Below are positions 38,712 to 52,100 of a stretch of 64,000 nucleotides of DNA, piece by piece. The position numbers and the translations under genes are program-made. Under the pieces are notes generated by a model. The model was not told the DNA's origin and ran no database searches. It worked only from the letters and a program-made list of their open reading frames with translations. This DNA is from Octopus sinensis (Eukaryota). The DNA is taken from assembly GCF_006345805.1 (NCBI RefSeq), contig NC_043009.1, positions 19,778,001 through 19,842,000 on the forward strand, in the 5' to 3' direction. The stretch's first letter is position 1, and every line of letters begins with the position of its first letter.

Positions 38712-40656
38712 CACACGCACACACACACACACAGAGTCATATCTACATATATTGATCTCTTAGATAGACATAGACACAAAACCATTGACCCCAGTATTCC
38801 ACTGGTACTTATTTTATTAACTCTCGAGGGAAGAAAGGCAATGTTGACCTTTATGGGATTTGAAATCACAACATAAAGAACACCGACTAAACACCACCAA
38901 ACTTTTTTGCCCCGATGCCTACGTGGACGTTCGATGTGCTAGAAATAGAAAATGCGTGGGTCACAACGGGACCACTTTTTATTATAAGTTTGCCAGATCA
39001 GGACTGAACTAGGGCTAAACGTCATCATCATCATCATCATTGTCGTCGTCGTCATTATCATCAGATATTTCGACCAATTTTTCAATAAATATTTCTTCGA
39101 CTTTTGTGACTTGCATCATAGTAATTCTAGCACAGTCACACCTACGACATACATGTTATGACAGCTATACATATGTCACACACGTTATGACTGTCATAGA
39201 CGTTATGACACAACCATTCTTACTTCATAAATGTTGTTATAAAGAATAAAGAAGCTATTTAAACCACCACCAAACGTTTTGTTACATTCCTAAACAATAT
39301 CTATATAATAAAAAACAATATCAGTTTGTTTTGTCGTGTTTTCTTAATTAGTTTTTAATTAATTAATATATTTAGTTGTTTCTCTAATTAAGGATGGACT
39401 ATAAAACTCCGATATAAGACAAATTAAAAACAGAATATTTTGGCGGTGACTTCCTGAGACTACATCGGTTTATTTGTATTCAGGAGTCGAAAATTGATGT
39501 GAATTAGTTGTGAATCCATCATTCGACCAACTTTTTCTTGGCGTTTTTACTATTTAAATAATTACAAAGAATTTAAGCAAAAAAAAAAAAAATGAACTTG
39601 AATTAAACTTTATTTATAAAATCAAAGATTTCTTTTTCTAAACAATTCCAACATAAAACTCTCCTTTGTATAACTTCCCACTACAGAAGAGTTTTTATCG
39701 CCATTAGTCAGACATTCTCATTAGCTTATGCAACATAAAGTAGGCTTGGTTACCTGGAACAAAGTAGCCGAGTCGTTCTGATGCCGCCAGTCAGTCACGT
39801 GAGGAAATTATATCACAATCTATAGTTTCGTGTTTTTCCTTACAGAGCCTCTAAAACTTAGCAAAGTCTATTTACTACGTAACATTAACCTCTCATTAAC
39901 AGCAGTTGACATTCTGACTCAGAGTGTGGCGGCCATGTTTGACCAAGCGGAAAAGAAGGCGAGTTATCAAGCTAATTGCAGCCATCTTTATATTTTTTGC
40001 TCGAGTCTGCCTAATGTCATCTCGCTTGCTGAGACTGACAATAAAGGATATGCCATATTGAAAATATTATCAGTTTACGAAGTAAACCTAATCCTTTCCT
40101 ATTTATCCGTTGTTTCTTTCTTTCTATTTTCTTTGGTTATTTTCTTTAGATGAGAGTCTCGAGTTTGTGAAACGTACCAACACTGTTGAATGCCTTCCTC
40201 TTATAAGAATATTACTGCAGTTTCCTTCTTTCCTTCTGCCGTTTACCTTACGCTAAATCGACAACATAATGACTGGGAGAAAAACATTAGCCAGAATCAA
40301 CAAGTCGATCGAAACAAATGAAAATGTCGTGGGTTCCCGGCAGAGATTAGTTTCCACACAAAATACATTGACATGAAATGAAAAACTCTTCTTATAATAA
40401 TGTATTCGCCAAAGTTTTTGTTGTTTTTTTTTTTTTTGCCTTTCTTCATTTTGTTTGTTTATTTGTTTGTACTGGTGATATTATTTCAGAGAAAGAGCAG
40501 AGATACAGCACACGCAAAAAAACAAACAAACAAACGACAAAAAGAAAACGCACCTTTTTTTGTTTGTTTTAATTGCTGCATTCCTCAATGATGCATTTAC
40601 TTGCAATATTAGAGTGCAAGCATTTATTGTTGTATGTTTTTGGTTGTGAAGTTGTG

Positions 40657-40695
<39 letters not shown>

Positions 40696-41185
40696 AGTGA
40701 GGTAGCTAGCTTCCGTCGTTCTGAAGCTCTCAGCTAAAAAGAACCGAGCTCTTTATGAAATTCATAATGCAGGCTATACGGCCAATCAGTGAACTGTTAC
40801 TGAAAGTAACCACAAAACCGTTCACGCATATCACACTTTATTATTATGGCTACTTGGTTTTAATGAATCAAAGAAAGAGCTGACGTGCAATTTCGTTTGC
40901 ACTCGCATATTTTCACATTAATGTCTTTCTATATTTTTTCTCGTTTAAAAGCTCTTTCACCAGCCTTGCTACTCCCCACACTGCGCGTATATATATATAT
41001 ATATATATAGATATATATATATATATATATATAATATATATATTATATATACATATATATATATATATGTTTATGTATATGCATTAATAGTGTATATGTA
41101 TACATCCATCTCTATATATATATATATGTGTGGTTGTGTGTGGTGTGTGTGCATGTATGTATTCATATATACGTGTATATGTTTA

Positions 41186-41237
<52 letters not shown>

Positions 41238-42808
41238 TCTCTCTTGCAGTTTCTATCTCCATCTTTTTATCTCCCTTCCTCAACCTCTCCTGTGCTTATA
41301 TATTCACAACCTATCAAATTGCATCCCACCCCATCTTTTGTTCATATTTTACATACATATTTCTCGCAAACAATAATCTCAAGCGCTAAAATCAACTAAA
41401 CGTTTTCACTTCAAGAGGTTTTTCATTGAATATGAATTTTTATTCTTCCCCAACAAAAACCAAAACTAACAACAACAACAACAACATCAACAAGCCACAC
41501 TTACACCGTGTTTCTATTTTATATATTTCCCTGTAGTATTATTTTATCTCAATAACTTTACACTTGGAAGAATTATTGAATCAATATTAAAATTCCTCTT
41601 TTTTCTGTATCTATCTCATTTTCATCATACTTTTCTCTCCAAATCCTCTATTGCCATCATCATCACCATCATTATCATCATCTCTCCCTTCCACATGCGC
41701 CACCCCTACTACCATCATCACTAACTCCACCACCACTACCACCATCACCAACACTACTGTCAATAACTACCATTACTGCTACCCCACCACCACTAACGCC
41801 ACCATCCCCATCAAAGCCCCATCACAGCCACCCTTACCACTAATAACCATAGAAGCCGATTCCTTGTGTCATATTGAGTGTATGCGCCCTACAGAATACA
41901 GGGTGTACATGGCCCATTAATAGAGGGTGTATATGGGGATCGATTAACAGATTTGTAAGAATGCAGAATAGAATATGCCTAGCGTTGAATGTTCCGGCTC
42001 TTTGAACTCTGAGTTCAAATCCTGCCGAGGTCAACTTTGCCTTTTATCGTTTCAAGGTCGATAGATAAAGTACCAATCAGATAATGGTACCACCCACCTC
42101 ACAAGCATCACATCTTGGATATTCTACCCGATCAAATGTAGGAGAGCTGGGAGAGTGCTTGGACTTACTCACTACTACACAGGCACCTACAAACATTTAC
42201 GAAAGCATGGTACATGCTGATAAAAAGACCTGATCGATTGCCAGCAACGGTCGTTGTGGTTTAGCTTTATATAGCCTGGTTATAGAGGGTGCATAGGATA
42301 CGTTAAATGACGTGTGTATATAGCCTATTAAATGGATCCTGGTAATACTTATTCCAATGATTATGGTGGAAGCATGTGTATATGCAAGAATTCATGTACA
42401 TATATGCATATATGTATGTATTCACGCGCATGTATATTTGTATATACAACGCATGCATGCATTTGTATTTGTACACACACACACACACTTCACAGACATG
42501 AGGTAAAAGTATTTAACATAAATTTTAGCTCATTATAATAATAGAGATTATAGTTGGGATTTTACAGCGTTGTTACTCCGAGTTTCGTGTTACGGTGTTT
42601 CAATAGAACTATAGGTCTTATAAATTACAGACCAAATTTCGTAACTCTAACGTTATGGAGAAATGGTATATTTATTAGGGAGGAGTGGGAAAACGAGTAA
42701 GTAAATATAAGGGTTATGGTTATACAAGCAACTGACTGAAGAAAGGAGAAAGAAGGTGAATGTATTTTTGCTGACGGAATATTGAAGAATAAAAGAAAGA
42801 CACACACA

Positions 42809-42865
<57 letters not shown>

Positions 42866-43784
42866 GTATGTTGACAGTATATAGAAAATAGCTGATCAGT
42901 TCTTTTAAAACATTTAAAGAATAAAATTAAGTAAAATATGGCAAAATGTTGTACATGATTCAATGGAAAAATAGAAGATTGTTTTTCTTATAATGAAGAA
43001 ATATCAATTTAGTTAGATTTCCAGTTTCCTGCGAAATATTTTTGAACAACACTAAGCTACAAGAGAATGTTTAAAGACAAATGTCCTTCAAGAAAAGAAT
43101 TCCATGTTCTCAAATAACTTCAAACAGCATTAAAAAAAATTCAAAAACATTTCACTTATAAAACTGCAAAATATTCTGACTGCGGACAAAATAAAGTTCG
43201 CAGATTAACTTGTTTAGGTGACAATACTTCGAAATTTGCTCAGTTCCCAAATTCTACATGTTATGAAAGGTGAATATGGGCAGTTTTCTACAAGTAGCTG
43301 GTAGATAAGGTTTGACATATTCAACCTCTGACTATAGTATCATTATGGCCAGTGGTATCTATACCTGCCAGAGTTGAGATACATTGAAAAAGAGAGACAC
43401 TGTTTCTTTTTTCTATGTATCTAAAAGAATATATGTGATGTATATACCTTGTCTTAAAGGTGCATTCTTTTAACTCTAAATAAATTCGTTGATTTGTACT
43501 CTGTTAACTATCCTTCAGCACAATTTCTTCTTGTCAATGGATTTGCCTAAAATGGATATGCGTTGATGTGGATACACTTCCAGAATTCCAGAATTCGTTA
43601 AAGAGCAGACGCCTGATTTTGTAATATCTTGTGGTGATGCTGGAAATCCTTGATGCTGTTTGTACAATTTTAGTCAACTTTCACTAAGTGCTTGTTAAAT
43701 AATTTCTGGTACTTGTTACCAAATGAGAAGTAATTCTGTACTACACTCAATATTACATGGCGCGCGCTCAAACACCACACATAC

Positions 43785-43833
<49 letters not shown>

Positions 43834-43848
43834 TATATATAATATATA

Positions 43849-43884
43849 TCTTTAACCCCGGAAATTACCGGGTGCACCAGCTAG
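43849..43884 (+). mobile_element. Helitron-like terminus or minimal Helitron
   Basis: A|TC...cccgg-aaatta-ccggg hairpin, 8 nt, CTAG|T. Confidence 0.6.
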
Positions 43885-44085
43885 TATATATTATATATAT
43901 ATATATATACATATATAAATTTAATGAATTAAGGTTTAGAACGTAGGCATCAACTGCTGTATCCAAACCTTGTTTCAGAGTAAGTCCCAGTTTGTGTGCC
44001 TGCAGAGCACGTTCACCACTTACGGCTACTAGGCGTTTGTCGTTGAATCTTTGTCCGGAATTCTGAAATGCAAGTAGGATATATT

Positions 44086-44404
44086 TTAAATTATTAATAC
44101 GGAAGACGGAGTGTAACGAGAAGCATTTATTAGCACAACAATCGTTTCGGTTTCATACTGCACTGCTCACTAGTGGGCGTGGGACGATGTAACAACACCA
44201 AATGCAACGCAAATAACAAAAGAGACTGCTCAGGTGACATAAGATGCTTCAAAAGTTACCAGATTCACATTCCATTTTCGCTTCGAGTTATTCGCTAATG
44301 GTGAAATGCCAGTAGTTCAGGCACGTTTGGTAAACGCTTTCTGAAATATTATTGTGCTAATAAATGCTTCTAGTTACACTCCGTCTTTTGTATTAATCAT
44401 TTAA
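44086..44404. mobile_element. MITE with 57-bp terminal inverted repeats
   Basis: 44086-44142 and 44348-44404 are reverse complements at 52/57 positions; both ends read TTAA. Confidence 0.85.
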
Positions 44405-44750
44405 CACATACATACATACATACATACATACATACATACATACATACTACATACATACAACATACATATATATATATAATTATATATTATATATATATAT
44501 ATATATATACCATAACAAATAGTGAGGGAATATCAATCGGGGCAAAATACTTCATAAGCTCTCTGTTGAGACACCAGGCTAACAATATTGCTTAGATTAG
44601 TGAAGAACTGCAAACCCATAACGCCTCAAAAAACCATAGAAAATTAACGTCATTTGAAGTTAATCTTCCTACACCCTGGCTGGGGCAGCGAGTAGCACCA
44701 ACATTTTATTAAGGCTGTATGTAATGTGATTTTCTTTCTTTCTTTCTTCT

Positions 44751-44850
44751 NNNNNNNNNNNNNNNNNNNNNNNNNNNNNNNNNNNNNNNNNNNNNNNNNN
44801 NNNNNNNNNNNNNNNNNNNNNNNNNNNNNNNNNNNNNNNNNNNNNNNNNN
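44751..44850. other. Assembly gap (100 N)
   Basis: Run of N between (TTTC)n and (ATT)n. Confidence 1.
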
Positions 44851-44903
<53 letters not shown>

Positions 44904-45107
44904 CATCATATGTTGTATAGCTATACTTCATTGTAATTAACATTATAATTAATAAGCTGATTGATTTGTTTGTTTTGTTGTTTTTAAATCTTCCTTTTTT
45001 TGTATCTTTTTTGTTATTTCATTTTATTTTCATGTCCATGTGCTGTGTTGTATTCGTTTTTCCTCTTCCATTTCGCTAATAATTATCATCATCATTATTA
45101 GTTATAA

Positions 45108-45138
<31 letters not shown>

Positions 45139-45443
45139 TTTTTTTTTTTTTACTGAACTTTGGTCAGCAAGAATACACCGTGAAACAATGTCGTTTGTAT
45201 TCATTGGACATCGTTTTTAACGAGAGGATGGTAAGCAAAACGCGTGGCACCAGGGCTGCCTGCATGAGTCATGTAAGTCTCGTACAGATGGGGATTTCTC
45301 TCTTGCGAATCTGAAGATAAATACAAAGACATAAAATGAAAAATGCAAGAAGAATTCTTTAAAGAAGTTTGCGAAATAAAAATGGCACAAAGACAAAAAT
45401 TTCGAGTGAAGGGTAAGTTGATCAGCTTGATGCCCAATGCTCA

Positions 45444-45993
45444 TTTGGTATTCATTTTATCGACCCTGAAAGGATGATAGGTAGAGTCGAGCCCGGCGGA
45501 AATTGAACTCAGAACGTAAAGACGGGCGAAATGCCGCTAAGCATTTTGCCTGGCACACTAACGATTCTGCCATTTCGCCTTATTTCTAAATAATAATAAT
45601 AATCCTTTCTACTAAAGGCACAAGGCCTGAAATTTTTGAGAAGGGGACTAGTCGATTATATCAGTGTTTCACTGATACTTAATTCATCGACCCCGAAAGG
45701 ATGAAAAGCAAAATCGACATAGCGAAATTTGAACGCAGAATGTAAATCGCACGAAATACCTATTTCTTTACTGCCCACAAGGGGCTAAACACAGAAGGGA
45801 CAAACAAGGACAGACAAACGGATTAAGTCGATTATATCGACCCCAGTGCGTAACTGGTACTTATTTAATCGACCCCGAAAGGATGAAAGGCGAAGTCGAC
45901 CTCGGCGGAATTTGAACTCAGAACATAGCGGCAGCCGAAATACCGCTAAGCATTTCGACCGGCATGCTAACGATTCAGCCAACTCGCCGCCTA
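45444..45993 (-). mobile_element. Cluster of SINE family A copies including a long-tailed variant
   Basis: Copies at about 45444-45582, 45600-45770 and 45770-45993, followed by (AAT)n. Confidence 0.85.
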
Positions 45994-45995
45994 AC

Positions 45996-46068
<73 letters not shown>

Positions 46069-46283
46069 GCGTTTAGTGCAAACAGTTACAGAACGAAATA
46101 TTATACGAAGTATGGTTAATGATTAATGATTAATGATTAATATCTACCTTGTAGCTTTCTTTCAGCAGCTTCCATATAACTTCTTTCTCGTTCCATATCC
46201 TGACTGTGGCAATCTGGGAAATGTTAGAAAGATTCCGGTATAAAAACAAGATAAAGTTTGTTTTTGTTCGTATGTATGCGAGA

Positions 46284-46323
<40 letters not shown>

Positions 46324-46425
46324 TATATATAAATTAATCCAAACAAGAAAGCAAAAGACAACAACGCAAGGATGTGGAACAAATAAAGTATTATTGGACG
46401 TTCAGGAAAGAAGGGAAGAAGGAGG

Positions 46426-46477
<52 letters not shown>

Positions 46478-46754
46478 GATTCTAACTTTGGCACAAGGCC
46501 ACACACATTTAATAGTAACTTATTTTTCATCGTCGTCGGACGGAAGTATGAAAAGATAAAAAATCCTCTGTGGGTAAATTTGAACTCCCGATCTAAAGAT
46601 GACTAATAAAACATGCCACCTTGTCTGCCCTCGGCCATTTGTGTCTCTCAAATGCAATAAAGAAACTGGCACAAATAACTCCTTTTTTTTTCTTATTGCG
46701 GTGCAGAAGTCGCTCCTTTCACTGATGGGACAGCAACTTACTGTGAACGAGTCG

Positions 46755-46970
46755 CTATCTGTCGTTACATCGTGTTACAACTGTATCTACCGTTGTTACA
46801 TCGTGTTACAACTGTACCTGTAATTGTTCTACGAGTTACTAATCTCTCAATCGTTGTTACATCATGTTACTGTGTCTGTCAAAGTTACGTCGACTCACTG
46901 TATTTGTCGTTGTTATAACGGGTTACTACTGTATCCGTAGCTGTTACATCGTGTCACTGTATCTGTCATT
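46755..46970. repeat. Degenerate minisatellite of about 31 bp (ctgtatct..cgttgttacatcgtgttacaa), 7-8 units
   Basis: Recurrent gttacatcgtgttac and ctgtatc units. Confidence 0.8.
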
Positions 46971-48039
46971 AGGAGTACCAGGAAGGGGCCGAGTTTAGGA
47001 CGATGTAACCAACTCTAAATGAAACAAAAAGAAGACTTGATCCTATTTCTTGACCCTTTCGACCTTTTGAAATAATTAAAGACAAAGTAGACCTTGGCAA
47101 GAATAGAACTCAGAGACAGGAGAAACAAATTCTGCACTCTCCTCTCTCATTCAAACGACTCTGCCGTTTCACTGTCTTGAAACTACAATCCACAATATGG
47201 CCCTCGACACTTATACTTTTCAAGAAATGAGTTTAATGTGGAGTTTTTCATTATTACAATACGTGACACATATATCATCAGTGAAAACTACCCCAGTATA
47301 TTACTGCTATCCACTTACTGACCTCCGGGGCGGGAGACGATAAATATCAGCTGAGACCCTATATAACGTTACAGTCATGTGACAACCCAGAGTGCTGATT
47401 TGGTGGAATTGTGAGAAGGTGAGAGGTGATGTCTTGCAGTATTTATTTCAGCTTTTTACGTTCTGACGGCAACGTTTGAGACAAAACTGATGCCAGGTCG
47501 AAGCCACCCTCGACTTTTCCTTCTCGGGCGTCAGTGACATGCAAAGGAGAGACTTGCCGGAGGAGCAACTCTTGTAATTCTTATAAAAGAACGTTGCTCA
47601 GATCTACATCTTGGAGAGGAAACTTTCCAAGTAGAGGTCCTTAGTTTTATGAGAGAAGATCCAGGATTTATTTAATGCGAATAGAGTTGGGTAGGCTTTA
47701 TGATCAGAAATATCTATGAAAAGGTAGCCGTTAGCATTTATTTGCTTCGTAGTAAAGAGCGGATTTGTGGCGTTCATGCCTTGATAAAAGGCGTCATTAG
47801 TGTGAGTAACATGAAATAGCAGCAAAGGAGAATCGCAAACTTGTCGCACATTTCTCCCGTTGGAATTTTGGATCCCGTTATTCGCCAAAAAGAAATAAAA
47901 TGCAAAAGGAACAGATGTGACCCTTAATCGTCTCTTTTAAAATATACAAGAACGGTTACTACCGTTGGTGTTGATAAAAACTGACCCGTCTCCCAGCCCT
48001 ATTTCCCTATCGGTTAAAATCGACAAGAATGGTCAGTAC

Positions 48040-48183
48040 CGTTGGTGTTGATGATATTCTCACCAGGTGGCGTTGACATCCGTTCACCACTCATCATGTT
48101 ATTTCTCTGCTCAATCATATCCATTTGTTCCTGCATTTTCCTGCGGGTTTTTTTCTCTTTTTTCAACCGTTTCTGTAACATCA
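48040..48183 (-). CDS. dac: Internal exon of a Dachshund homolog (C-terminal coiled-coil, DD2/Dachbox-C region)
   Basis: Minus strand: polypyrimidine acceptor ttttctctttgccag, then (x)TG ATG TTA CAG AAA CGG TTG AAA AAA GAG AAA AAA ACC CGC AGG AAA ATG CAG GAA = VMLQKRLKKEKKTRRKMQE, matching the recalled DACH motif IVQKRLKKEKKAKRKLQE. Candidate donor AACG|gtactg gives a 144-nt phase 1-1 exon. No other dac exon was recognised in the window. Confidence 0.75.
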
Positions 48184-48296
48184 CTGGCAAAGAGAAAACA
48201 ACAACAGCAATTACAATATCATTATCAATGCGTAATGTCACACAACAGTTACACACTGTGGTACACAGATGTGAATGGGTACAGTAGATACACTGT

Positions 48297-48349
<53 letters not shown>

Positions 48350-48984
48350 GCGCGCGTGTGTCACTCAAGTCACAAACACACAATCTCTAAAAACCACAAG
48401 GCCCTCGTATAATAAACATAGAAATGAATCAAATTCGAAATTACATCAAAGAAATATTTTACTCAATCAAGGTTGTGCTACAGCATGGCCGGTGTTTTGT
48501 TGGCTAAAACGAAGTATGGAACTAAGAAATTGTCCAAGGGACAAATGACAGCCCCGATGACCATCCTTAAGGATACCAAGACTGGTGGAAGGGAAAGGAG
48601 AGAAGGGAAGCTACTCTTAGGCGAGGGACTCAGCTCCAAATGTTTACAGCAGAAGTGAAAAATAAGGGTGCTTCTTGACTGTGGCCCCTACAAAATTCTA
48701 GGAATCCCGATACTAATGTATGTATTCGGTGATTGTGTCTGTAGGAGGTCCAGTGCACTGTTCTGTAAGGAGCGGGGCTGTGATGCTGTTAAGGCGGCGC
48801 TGCCGGTGGGAGCGGTGTCAGGTCAAGTTTACCACAGAAACAATTAACTAAACGACATAATTAAAAATTTAAAATTGAAACCCTAACTCTAATTAAATTG
48901 ATTTTTGTTTAATTTATTTATGATTAGAGAGATGAGGATTTGTGGTGTTCATGCCTCTCTCCATGGTTGCTGAGATAGCTTCAC

Positions 48985-49185
48985 GACTAAGATTAGAAAT
49001 TAAATCACTGATCAATCAAACCTATGACTAAAGACGTTCCAGTCGTGACCATCCCACCTACTTCGCCTGTGAATGGAAACCAGAGCACAATATCCCTACG
49101 TGTCTTTTTTAAGATAGTGTAGAACTTGCGGAAGATTTGGCTGCTATATCTCGCAGATCTTGCAATCACGTAGAGGTTCCCTGGT
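48985..49185 (+). repeat. Interspersed repeat family G
   Basis: The cctatga..aaag..ttcca.tcgtg..atttggctgctat..ag motif also occurs at about 55300-55510 and as a fragment near 58065-58090. Confidence 0.6.
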
Positions 49186-52100
49186 ATAACAATGGTGAAC
49201 CGAAATATTACAATACTCCGAGTACCATGGCCACATAACTTTATGTTCGAACACCAACTAAAATATGTTTCACTCGTCTAAAACTTTTTCGTCATCTCCC
49301 AAGTATTCATGGTATTAAATATTTCAGAATTGATAGATTAATATTCGTCATTCCAGGAGTTTCCAGAATCATTTCCATGTGGTGACGTTGTCTGCAAAGT
49401 AAAACCTCAACTGAGAGATTTTTCTTCTTTCAATTCCCTTTCAATACTCTTCGTCATCGATATGTTCGATCAGATATTCCCCTATTCAACATCTCAACTC
49501 TTTGTCACACATATTTTTAAGCAACAGCTCTTCAATATTTCACACTTCACTCCTCAACTTGCTATTCCCTACAGCCAGGGCCGGCGCTAGGAAGTGAGGG
49601 GCCCAATTAGGGAATTGTCAGTGGCGCCCTCTACTCTACTTAAATAAGAGGTTTCTCTAAAGTCATGCGGTAAAGCTGCTTCTCACACAAAAAGATAAAA
49701 AGAACCGTGAGGATACTTTTGCTGGACACAGCCAAAGGGATTATTCCTCAAAGCGTCCTCCGCTGGAGCGTGTGCACGGGGTCCTCTCATGGTGTGGGGC
49801 CCAGTGTAAACAAATCAATCTAATTGGCTCTGCATACAGCTGGACCTTTATCTGAGGAGTATCGGATGTAACTATTCTTCTCTCTACAACTCACAACCTG
49901 TAGTTATTCCCGTCTCTTCAAAGTTTGTAGCGACTTGTATTTATTACACCAGACGTGTCGTTATTTAGATCTGACATAAACCGCATTATGGTTACACGTA
50001 TCTTCTACACACCGTGTCCAGATATTTTCTCATCACACACAATGCAGATAGCCATCCTCCCATCCACCACATATTACATACAACTTTCTTCCCCATCTCC
50101 TACATACTGTACCTAGTTTATTCTTCTACAGACTGTACTGTAGCTACCCATTTCCCTTACACACCGTAACTAGTTATTACCGTGTCCATTACACACACTG
50201 CAGCCAGCCATTTGCCTAGCCAACACAGACTTCATCTAGCTTCTCTCCTGTCTGCTACGCGCTAATTACTGTCTTAATCCTTTGCTTTTTACACAGTTTA
50301 ATAAGACAAACAATAACCTGTTTTTTAATAATGAAAAATCAATGGCGAACAAATTGATTGGCAGAATTTGCGACTGAAAGAGATCACGTGCAACACATTC
50401 TGTTAGAGAAACGGTAATCACAATATAAAACACGACGGCGGCTTTCTGCCACTAGCTGCACAATTTCTGTGCATTCCCGACTTATTTATAATTTTGCAAC
50501 TTGATTATCACTCTGGATGCACCATCTGTGCACCTATGCATCTGCGCCCTATTTTAGCACCAAATTCCCTAACTCTATACTACTTACCTCTTTGTTTGTT
50601 TGTTTGCTCTAAAATATTGCATTAAACTGCACCAACCTACATTATATTGCACTCAGCTGCACCAAGTCGTACAACATTGCACCAAATTGTATTAAAAAAC
50701 TGCACCAAATTACATGAAACTGCATTACAATGGCACTGTTTCGAAGACGAATTTATGCAACCTGTGCATAACTGCATTAGTATCTGCATCACATCTGCAC
50801 AGATAAGAGGCATGCCTGTGTGGTTCAGGTGCTGGTTGGCAACTATGGAGTTTGGAATTCAATCTCACAACACAAATTCTTGGGTTGACTTCTATCATAG
50901 TCTTGGATCAGACAAGTCTTGGGAGTGAGACAACATTGACAGAAAATGTATGGAAGCCCATAAGAGGAGATATTGCTGTTTTGACGGTAGTCGATTCAAT
51001 GTTGCCTACTTTATCGTCCTTTGCTATGCGTGGGGTACCTTCAATAGAGTCGACTCAGTTGAAAACATCTGGGTTGGGTTTCGGAGGTTACAGAAAAGGG
51101 GGTTATAGCTATTGTTGCCCTTTATTTTTGATTAAACCATAAAAAGAAATAAATAAGAGTAATAGTTTTAAGGTTTGACTTCCGTATTGAATAGACAAAC
51201 GGCGGCGGTGGCGGCAGCGGTGAGCGTTGGCCATTGGATAACAGGATCTACAGACTTTATTACCGATGTGAGTGTCTTTTAGTACGAGGTCATTGCTGAT
51301 GTTTACTGGAATGGAACTGAAAATGGTATCTGAACTTTCAGTAAAACTGATAAAGTGTATTTCCATACAGGAACCCAAAAATGCTACTTCCATAATATAA
51401 TCTTCCACAGACCTGATTCTTAACAAATAGATGTCAGTTTGTGGTGCTGTCTCGGGGAATATTACACCGATTTAGAGATATGAACAGCAGTATTCCTCGA
51501 AAGTTTCTATAGAAGAATAACTTGACAGATAATAATATCCTTTAGCTTTCAAAATGAACGATTAGTCAATTATATTCACCTCGAGTCCTTTGTTCGTCTA
51601 ACAACTGCTTTTCCATATTTTCACGGAGGTCACGCTCTCTCAACAATTCCATTTTTAATTCAGCTGCAGAGAGAAAATAAAATCATATATATATATATAT
51701 ATAATATATATATATATACACACATACACATACACACACATATGTATATTCATAGATATATACAAATATATGTATGTGTGTATTTAACATCATGTGTACA
51801 CCCACACACATATATAGAGAGATATGTATATATATATATACTTTTTACACAACACACACACACACACATATATATGCATATGTATATCATACACGTACAC
51901 ACACGCACACATATGTATGCACATAAATATATGTATAGATATATATATAATATAATATGCACATGTACAGTATAGACTGTATTTATTATATATCATGCAT
52001 TACATATATTATGTAGAATATATATATAGCATAATATAATAATATATGTATATATATATAATATGCATGTATATATATGTATATATATATGAAACAACAT

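Noticed and set aside
39830-40153. 107-aa plus-strand ORF with an acceptor-like ttttccttacag
   Set aside because: No homology recognised; on the opposite strand to dac.
43200-43770. Possible Tc1/mariner remnant
   Set aside because: Only a faint PYSP-like stretch; no catalytic motifs or paired TIRs.
47604-47888. 94-aa complex ORF just downstream of the dac exon
   Set aside because: No recognisable domain or convincing splice sites; more likely UTR or intron.
49200-49420. Possible exon or RTE endonuclease fragment on the minus strand
   Set aside because: Stops in all frames and only vague motif similarity.
48610-49830. cagggccggc / ttaaggcggcgctg hAT-like ends
   Set aside because: The ends do not pair into one element and no 8-bp TSD is visible.
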